Notes under the pieces: model-generated
Told to the model about the DNA's origin: nothing
What the model saw: the letters and a program-made list of their open reading frames with translations, nothing else
Databases searched by the model: none
From: an uncultured Candidatus Rokubacteria bacterium
Lineage (GTDB): Bacteria > Methylomirabilota > Methylomirabilia > Rokubacteriales > CSP1-6
DNA: 64,000 bases
NCBI GenBank assembly: GCA_963754315.1
Contig: CAVWFS010000019.1
Span: 320,001-384,000, forward strand
Direction of reading: 5' to 3'
In this document: in pieces, positions 58,112 through 64,000 of the stretch
How the letters are laid out: each line of letters opens with the position of its first letter
Numbering within the stretch: position 1 is the stretch's first letter
Translations under genes and position numbers: made by a program

Positions 58112-58609
58112 TTAGCCCGAGGCGGTGGCGGCCTGATCGCGGCGACGACGACGGCTGAAGGGGCCACGACCTTCGCCCCGGTCGCGCCGCTCGCGCTTGT
58201 CCTTCTTCTTCTCGTCCTTCGTCTTGCCCTTGGTCTTCTCGGTCGGCGTTTCCGCCCGATCCACCAGCTCCAGCAGGACCATGGGGGCGGCGTCGCCCGG
58301 CCGGACTCCCGTCTTCAAGAGCCGTGTGTAGCCGCCGTGGCGATCCGCGAAACGGGCCACCACCGTGTCGAAAAGGCGCTTCACGACCTCGGGATCGGGC
58401 ACCATGGTCAGGACCTGGCGTCGGGCATGCAGGTTCTCCCGCTTGGCCAAGGTGATCATGTGCTCGGCCAGTCCCCGCACGGCTTTGGCCTTGGCTTCCG
58501 TGGTCAGAATGCGCTCGTGACGAAAGAGGGCAACGAGCAGGTTGCGAAACATGGCCCAGCGGTGCTGGGTCAATCGCCCGAGCTTGAAGCCGGCCTTGCG
58601 ATGCCTCAT
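58112..58609 (-). CDS. rplQ: 50S ribosomal protein L17 with a charged C-terminal extension
   Basis: MRHRK..KLGR, ILTTEAKAK, GGYTR. Confidence 0.97.
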   Translation of the reverse strand: MRHRKAGFKLGRLTQHRWAMFRNLLVALFRHERILTTEAKAKAVRGLAEHMITLAKRENLHARRQVLTMVPDPEVVKRLFDTVVARFADRHGGYTRLLKTGVRPGDAAPMVLLELVDRAETPTEKTKGKTKDEKKKDKRERRDRGEGRGPFSRRRRRDQAATASG

Positions 58610-59586
58610 CGGACCCCTCCGCGCCCCGCCAGCGCGCCGAGGACGTTCGGATCGATTCGGAGGCCAAGCGACAGCCCAAGGGCGGCCAGCGCGGTCTTGA
58701 TCTCGTCGATGGACTTTTCCCCCAGATTCTTCACCTGGGCGAGCTCTTCCTCGGTCTTCTGGGCCAGATCGGCCACGACCTGGATATCGCTGTTCTTGAG
58801 GGCGTTGATCGCCCGCGCGGGCAGCGGCAGCTCCTCGATAGGCTTGGCGAGCGCGTCGCGCAAAAAATCCTCGCCGGAGGCGATTTCCGCTTCGTCATCA
58901 TCGTCGCGGGTGCCGGACCGTAAGGGGGTGAAGTGCTCCTTCAGGTACGTGGCGGCCCGGGTCAGCGCGTCATCCGGGCTCACGGCGCCGTTGGTCCAGA
59001 TCTCGACGATCAACTTCTCGTAGTCGGTGATCTTACCGAGCCGGGACATTTCGACGTTGTAGGCGACCCGCGTGATGGGGGAGTAGGCGGCGTCGAGGGC
59101 GAGGGCCCCTGCCGGTACGGCTTGCTGCTTGCGGTCGGACGCCTCATAGCCACGCCCCACACCGATCCCCAGTTCCATGCTCACTGTCCCGTGCTCGATG
59201 GTGAACAGCGGCAACTCGGGATTGACGATCTCCACGTCGATCTCGGGCAGATCAGCTCCCGTCACCCGCTTGGGTCCCTGGAACTCTAACCGGATCACCT
59301 GGGGTTCGCCCGACGGGGATTGGATGGCCAGTTTCTTGAGGTTGAGGAGCACATCGACAGTGCTCTCGGTGACCCCCGGAATCTTCGTTTCCGGGTTCTT
59401 CACCCCCTCGATCTTCACCCAGGCCACGGCGGCCCCGGGAACGATAGCAAGCAGCGTGCGGCGCAGAGAGTTTCCTACGGTGAGCCCATAGCCCTTCTCG
59501 AAGGGCTCCGCCACCAAGCGACCGTAGTTTTCGGTGAGGCTCTCCCACTCGACCTTCTTGGGTTTCTGGAATGGAATGCGGGGCAT
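58606..59586 (-). CDS. rpoA: RNA polymerase alpha subunit
   Basis: EPFEKGYGLTVGNSLRRTLL, DAAYSP, TDYEKL..WTNG, NLGEKS; between rpsD and rplQ. Confidence 0.95.
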   Translation of the reverse strand: MPRIPFQKPKKVEWESLTENYGRLVAEPFEKGYGLTVGNSLRRTLLAIVPGAAVAWVKIEGVKNPETKIPGVTESTVDVLLNLKKLAIQSPSGEPQVIRLEFQGPKRVTGADLPEIDVEIVNPELPLFTIEHGTVSMELGIGVGRGYEASDRKQQAVPAGALALDAAYSPITRVAYNVEMSRLGKITDYEKLIVEIWTNGAVSPDDALTRAATYLKEHFTPLRSGTRDDDDEAEIASGEDFLRDALAKPIEELPLPARAINALKNSDIQVVADLAQKTEEELAQVKNLGEKSIDEIKTALAALGLSLGLRIDPNVLGALAGRGGVR

Positions 59587-59597
59587 GTCGCTCGCTC

Positions 59598-60221
59598 CTA
59601 CTTGCTGTACAGCTCTACGATGAGCTGCTCGCTCACCGGAATCTGGATGTCCTCGCGCAAAGGCAGGCCACGCACGGTTCCCTTGCGGCCCGGGCCGTCC
59701 AGCTCCAGCCACTGCGGTATCTGCCCTCGCCCCGCGTTGAGGTTGTCGTCCACGCGGGCGTGCAGCTTCGATGTGGGCCGGATGGATATCACGTCCCCCA
59801 CCTTCAGAAGGTACGAGGGAATGGAAACCTTCCGGCCATTCACCTGAAAGTGTCCGTGGGCCACCATCTGCCGGCTCTCCCGACGTGAGGCGGCGAAGCT
59901 CAGCCGGTGCACCACGTTGTCGATGCGCAGCTCGAGGAGCCGGAGCAGGTTCTCACCGGTCACTCCCTTCTCGCGCTCGGCTTGGTGGAAGTAACGGCGG
60001 AACTGGCTCTCCAGCACCCCGTAGATCCGCTTGGCTTTCTGTTTCTCGCGCAGCTGGACACCGTACGGGGTGAGCTTGCCGCGGTTGAGCCCGTGCTGGC
60101 CTGGCGGATAGTTCCGCCGCTCGATCGCACACTTGTCGGTGAAGCAGCGAGCGCCTTTGAGGAAGAGCTTCATGCCTTCGCGCCGGCACAGGCGACACTT
60201 CGCGTCACGGTAGCGCGCCAT
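59598..60221 (-). CDS. rpsD: 30S ribosomal protein S4 (Cys-containing form)
   Basis: CRLCRRE..PGQHG, QLREKQK, IVELYSK. Confidence 0.98.
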   Translation of the reverse strand: MARYRDAKCRLCRREGMKLFLKGARCFTDKCAIERRNYPPGQHGLNRGKLTPYGVQLREKQKAKRIYGVLESQFRRYFHQAEREKGVTGENLLRLLELRIDNVVHRLSFAASRRESRQMVAHGHFQVNGRKVSIPSYLLKVGDVISIRPTSKLHARVDDNLNAGRGQIPQWLELDGPGRKGTVRGLPLREDIQIPVSEQLIVELYSK

Positions 60222-60230
60222 GGTGGCCCT

Positions 60231-60641
60231 CTACACCCGGCGCCGCTTGGGTGGGCGGCAGCCATCGTGCGGGATCGGCGTCACGTCCCGGATGGCGGTC
60301 ACCTCAAGCCCGACCGCCTGCAGGGAGCGGATGGCCGCTTCCCGCCCAGCCCCTGGGCCCTTCACGAAGACCTCGATCGACTTGAGACCGAACTCCATGG
60401 CCTTGCGGGCCGCGATCTCGGCCGCCGTCTGGGCCGCGAATGGCGTGCTCTTGCGCGAGCCCTTGAAGCCGGCGCTGCCGGCGCTGGACCATGCGACCAC
60501 GTTCCCCATCTTGTCGGTGAGGGTGACGATCGTGTTGTTGAAGGTGGCCTGGACGTGGGCGACCCCCGTCCGGACCTCACGCCGTTCCCGTCGTTTGCCG
60601 CCCTTCTTGCGGGGGGCTGGCTTGCTTTGCTGCTCCGCCAT
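60231..60641 (-). CDS. rpsK: 30S ribosomal protein S11
   Basis: [36 protein letters not shown]. Confidence 0.98.
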   Translation of the reverse strand: MAEQQSKPAPRKKGGKRRERREVRTGVAHVQATFNNTIVTLTDKMGNVVAWSSAGSAGFKGSRKSTPFAAQTAAEIAARKAMEFGLKSIEVFVKGPGAGREAAIRSLQAVGLEVTAIRDVTPIPHDGCRPPKRRRV

Positions 60642-60644
60642 TGC

Positions 60645-61049
60645 TTACGCTCCTGCCTTCTTGGCGGCGGCGGTGGCCGCCGGCTTCTTCTTGATCATGA
60701 CTCCCCGTCGTGGACCCTTGCGTGTCCGCGCGTTCGTGTGGGTACGCTGCCCCCGCACCGGAAGGCCCCTACGGTGTCGGATCCCTCGATAGGAGCCGAT
60801 ATCCATCAGCCGCTTCACGTTCATGGACACTTCGCGGCGGAGATCGCCCTCCACTTTGTGCTCACGCTCAATGAGGTCGCGGATGCGTCCGACTTCCTCC
60901 TCTGTCCACGCTTTGACTCGCTTGTCGGGATCGATGTTGGCACGCGCCAGGAGGTGGCGGGCGCCCGGACGACCCACGCCGTAGATATAGGTCACAGCCA
61001 CTTCGCCCCGCTTGTCCCGAGGGAGGTCGACGCCTGCCACACGTGCCAT
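60645..61049 (-). CDS. rpsM: 30S ribosomal protein S13
   Basis: [28 protein letters not shown]. Confidence 0.98.
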   Translation of the reverse strand: MARVAGVDLPRDKRGEVAVTYIYGVGRPGARHLLARANIDPDKRVKAWTEEEVGRIRDLIEREHKVEGDLRREVSMNVKRLMDIGSYRGIRHRRGLPVRGQRTHTNARTRKGPRRGVMIKKKPAATAAAKKAGA

Positions 61050-61059
61050 GGGAATCTCC

Positions 61060-61173
61060 TCAGCCTTGCCGCTGCTTGTGTCGCGGGTTCTTGCAAATGA
61101 TGCGAATGACGCGCTCGCGCCGCACGATCTTGCAGTGCTCGCAGCGCGCCTTGACCGATGGTCTCACCTTCAT
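61060..61173 (-). CDS. rpmJ: 50S ribosomal protein L36 (not in the ORF track)
   Basis: Translated by hand: [37 protein letters not shown]. Confidence 0.97.
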   Translation of the reverse strand: MKVRPSVKARCEHCKIVRRERVIRIICKNPRHKQRQG

Positions 61174-61197
61174 GGCCGCCTCGTCCGTCCTTGTCGT

Positions 61198-61416
61198 CTA
61201 TTTGAACCGGTAGGTGATGCGCCCGCGGGTGAGGTCGTAGGGCGACAGCTCGACCTTCACGCGGTCCCCCGGCAGAATACGGATGAAGTTCATGCGCATC
61301 TTGCCGCTGACGTGAGCGAGCACCCGGTGGCCGTTCTCCAGTTCCACCCGGAACATCGCGTTCGGCAGCGGCTCTACCACTGTGCCCTCGACCTCGATCG
61401 CGTCTTCCTTGGCCAT
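61198..61416 (-). CDS. infA: Translation initiation factor IF-1
   Basis: [37 protein letters not shown]. Confidence 0.98.
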   Translation of the reverse strand: MAKEDAIEVEGTVVEPLPNAMFRVELENGHRVLAHVSGKMRMNFIRILPGDRVKVELSPYDLTRGRITYRFK

Positions 61417-61424
61417 GGCTCGCC

Positions 61425-62198
61425 CTACGCCGCCCCCCCGCCGTGTCCGTTGAGGGTGGTCAGGACCACCGGGCCCTCCTCCGTCACCGCGATCGTATGC
61501 TCGAAGTGCGCGGCCAGACTGCCGTCCTGCGTCACTGCCGTCCAGCCGTCGTCCAGGACCCGTACCTCCCAGTTGCCCATGGTTACCATCGGTTCCACCG
61601 CCAGGACCATACCGGGACGAAGTCGGGGCCCTCGCCCGGGTTCCCCGAAGTTCGGTATCTGTGGCTCCTCGTGCAGGGCCCGCCCGATTCCGTGCCCCAC
61701 GAAGGCGCGGACGACGCCGAATCCATGGGCTTCCACATGACGCTGTACCGCGTGCGAAACGTCGGACAACCGACGATCGGGTCGACATTCCTCGATGGCC
61801 AGCTCCAGGCTTTCCCGGGTGACGTCGAGGAGTTTCTGCGCGGCGGGCGCGACCGCCCCAATGGGCAAGGTCGCTGCACAATCCGCATAGTACCCTTCCA
61901 CGATACACCCGAGGTCGAAACCAACCACGTCGCCTTCCCGGAGCCGGCGGCGGGCCGAGGGAATCCCATGCACGACCTCGTCGTTGATCGAGATGCACAC
62001 CGTGGCTGGGAATCCCCGGTATCCCTTGAAGGCGGGCTTGGCCCCCCGCGTGGTGATGAACGCCTCGACGTCCTCATCGATCTCGAGGGTTGACATCCCC
62101 GGCTTCACCGCTGTCCGCAGTCGCTCCAGAACCTCGGCCAGGATATGGCCTCCCGTCTGCATGAGGGCGATCTCGCGGGCCGACTTGTAATAGATCAT
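61425..62198 (-). CDS. map: Methionine aminopeptidase type I
   Basis: [32 protein letters not shown]. Confidence 0.97.
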   Translation of the reverse strand: MIYYKSAREIALMQTGGHILAEVLERLRTAVKPGMSTLEIDEDVEAFITTRGAKPAFKGYRGFPATVCISINDEVVHGIPSARRRLREGDVVGFDLGCIVEGYYADCAATLPIGAVAPAAQKLLDVTRESLELAIEECRPDRRLSDVSHAVQRHVEAHGFGVVRAFVGHGIGRALHEEPQIPNFGEPGRGPRLRPGMVLAVEPMVTMGNWEVRVLDDGWTAVTQDGSLAAHFEHTIAVTEEGPVVLTTLNGHGGGAA

Positions 62199-62845
62199 GC
62201 GTCGGCGCTCACCGCCCGCCTGATGGCGGCACGAATGGACGGCATGGCGCCCTCCCCGGCCACCGTGCGCAGGCAGGAGCGATCGCGGTAGTAGTCGAGC
62301 AGAGGCGCTGTCTGCCTCTGGTACACGCGGAGTCGATTCCCGACCGTGGCCTCGCTATCATCCTCACGCTGATAGAGCTCGCCGCCGCACCGATCACATG
62401 TGCCTGCCACCGCCGGCGGAGCCGACACCAGATGAAAGGTGGATCCGCACTGGCGACACACCCGACGACCCGTCAGGCGTCGCAGCAGCTCGGCCTCCGA
62501 CACGTCGAAGTACACCACCGCCTCCAGCTCCTGGCCGAGATCCTTGAGGATCTGGGCCAGCGCCTCGGCCTGGCCAATGGTGCGGGGAAAGCCGTCGAGA
62601 ATGAAGCCGGTTGAAGCGTCGGGGCGGGCCAGGCGCTCCTTCATGGCCCGGACGATGACCTCGTCGGGGACCAGAGCCCCCTGGTCCATGTAGCGCTTGG
62701 CCTCTTGACCAAGGGGCGTACCCGCCGCCACCGCCTCCCGTAGCATGTCGCCGGTCGCGATCTGGGGGACACTCCATTCCCGAGCGAGCTCGCGGGCCTG
62801 GGTCCCCTTGCCGGCCCCTGGCGGACCGAGAAACGCCACCCGCAC
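62195..62845 (-). CDS. adk: Adenylate kinase (zinc-lid type)
   Basis: GPPGAGKGTQA, LDGFPRT, CRQC..CDRC. Confidence 0.97.
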   Translation of the reverse strand: MRVAFLGPPGAGKGTQARELAREWSVPQIATGDMLREAVAAGTPLGQEAKRYMDQGALVPDEVIVRAMKERLARPDASTGFILDGFPRTIGQAEALAQILKDLGQELEAVVYFDVSEAELLRRLTGRRVCRQCGSTFHLVSAPPAVAGTCDRCGGELYQREDDSEATVGNRLRVYQRQTAPLLDYYRDRSCLRTVAGEGAMPSIRAAIRRAVSADA

Positions 62846-62848
62846 GCC

Positions 62849-64000
62849 CTAGCCTCTCCGGGCGAAGGCGCCGCCCGGGCGCGACTTGGAGCGCTTGAGG
62901 AATCCCTCGTAGTTGCGCATGAGGAGATGGGACTCCATCTGGCGGACGGTATCGAGGGCCACCCCCACCACAATGAGCAGACTGGTGCCGCCGAAGTAGA
63001 AGGGGACGTTGAACCACCGGATCATGTAGTCGGGCAAGACAGAGATCAGGGCCAGGAAAAGCGCCCCCGGCAACGTGATGCGCGTCAGCACTCGATCGAT
63101 GTATTCCGACGTCTTCTTACCCGGGCGCACCCCGGGAATGAAGCCACCATACTTCTTCATGTTGTCGGCGAGGTCGACGGGGTTGAAGACGATCGCCGTG
63201 TAGAAGTAGGCGAAGAAGACGATGAGGCCCATGTAGAGGATGGTGTAGGTGAACTGCCCCGGCGACAACGCATCGGAGATGGCTTGCATCCACGGATGCG
63301 GCACGAAGCGGGTCAGGGTCGCCGGGAACAGGATGAGCGAGGAGGCGAAGATGACGGGAATGACCCCGGCCGTGTTGATCCGCAGGGGGATATGGGTGGA
63401 GGAGCCGCCGTACACGCGGCGCCCGACCATCCGCTTGGCATACTGCACGGGGATCTTCCGCTGACCCTCCTGCATGAGAACCACCGCCGCCGTCACCGCC
63501 ACCATGAGCAGTATGAGGGCGCCGAACACGAAGAGCTTGAGCTCACCGGTCGTGATGAGGGTATAGGAGGACTCCACGGCGGAGGGCAGCCGCACGACAA
63601 TGCCGGCAAAGATGATCAGCGAGATGCCGTTACCGATGCCTCGCTCCGAAATCTGCTCACCAAGCCACATGATGAGAGCGGTGCCCGCCGTCAGGGTGAT
63701 CATCACGAGCAGACGGAAGCCCCAACCCGGAGTCGGCACGATGGCCACCCCCGTCGGACTGCTCATACCCTCCAGCCCGTAGGCGATGCCGAGCGACTGA
63801 ACGAGCGACAGCGCAATCGTCCCATAGCGGGTGTACTGCGTGATCTTCTTGCGGCCCGCCTCGCCTTCCTTGGCCAGCTTCTCGAGCGTGGGAATGACCA
63901 CGGTAAGCAATTGGAGAATAATCGAGGCGGAGATATACGGCATGATGCCCAGCGCAAACACGGATAGGCGCCGGAGATTGCCCCCCGAGAAAAGGTCCAC
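62849..64000 (-). CDS. secY: Preprotein translocase SecY (5'-truncated by window)
   Basis: SVFALGIMPYISASII, GIGNGISL, IPGVRPG, FGGTSLLIVVGV. Confidence 0.98.
   Translation of the reverse strand: MDLFSGGNLRRLSVFALGIMPYISASIILQLLTVVIPTLEKLAKEGEAGRKKITQYTRYGTIALSLVQSLGIAYGLEGMSSPTGVAIVPTPGWGFRLLVMITLTAGTALIMWLGEQISERGIGNGISLIIFAGIVVRLPSAVESSYTLITTGELKLFVFGALILLMVAVTAAVVLMQEGQRKIPVQYAKRMVGRRVYGGSSTHIPLRINTAGVIPVIFASSLILFPATLTRFVPHPWMQAISDALSPGQFTYTILYMGLIVFFAYFYTAIVFNPVDLADNMKKYGGFIPGVRPGKKTSEYIDRVLTRITLPGALFLALISVLPDYMIRWFNVPFYFGGTSLLIVVGVALDTVRQMESHLLMRNYEGFLKRSKSRPGGAFARRG

Overview
GC-rich bacterial chromosomal window. Gene content and style suggest a diderm such as Ca. Rokubacteria/Methylomirabilota, but that is inference only. 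From left to right: (1) a contiguous type IVa pilus locus (pilB end, pilT, pilC, pilA, pilD, three minor pilins, pilMNOPQ) running into aroB-TPR-efp-accB-accC; (2) a convergent two-gene XPB/Rad25-like helicase + DUF790 (Bax1-like) nuclease module whose helicase ends in a perfect beta-clamp-binding motif (QLDLF-stop), the best candidate here for an undescribed system; (3) a livKHMGF ABC operon; (4) a ~25 kb accessory stretch rich in exported proteins, lipoproteins and gene relics, containing a decayed vapBC, an AAA/DUF4143 relic, an M20 fragment, PPK2-ChaA, an exported M16 peptidase pair with HtrA, and an 88-bp palindromic tandem array; (5) xerD, a truncated TAXI receptor, hydantoinase/oxoprolinase A/B, an NtrC-type regulator, trxA, thiL, two CNNM/HlyC genes and a dienelactone hydrolase; (6) the end of the spc/alpha ribosomal operons (secY-adk-map-infA-rpmJ-rpsM-rpsK-rpsD-rpoA-rplQ). 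Several genes are broken or fused by single-base indels, mostly +1, which may be consensus errors. No rRNA, tRNA, CRISPR array or transposase was recognised. All calls are from motif recognition by eye; no searches were run.
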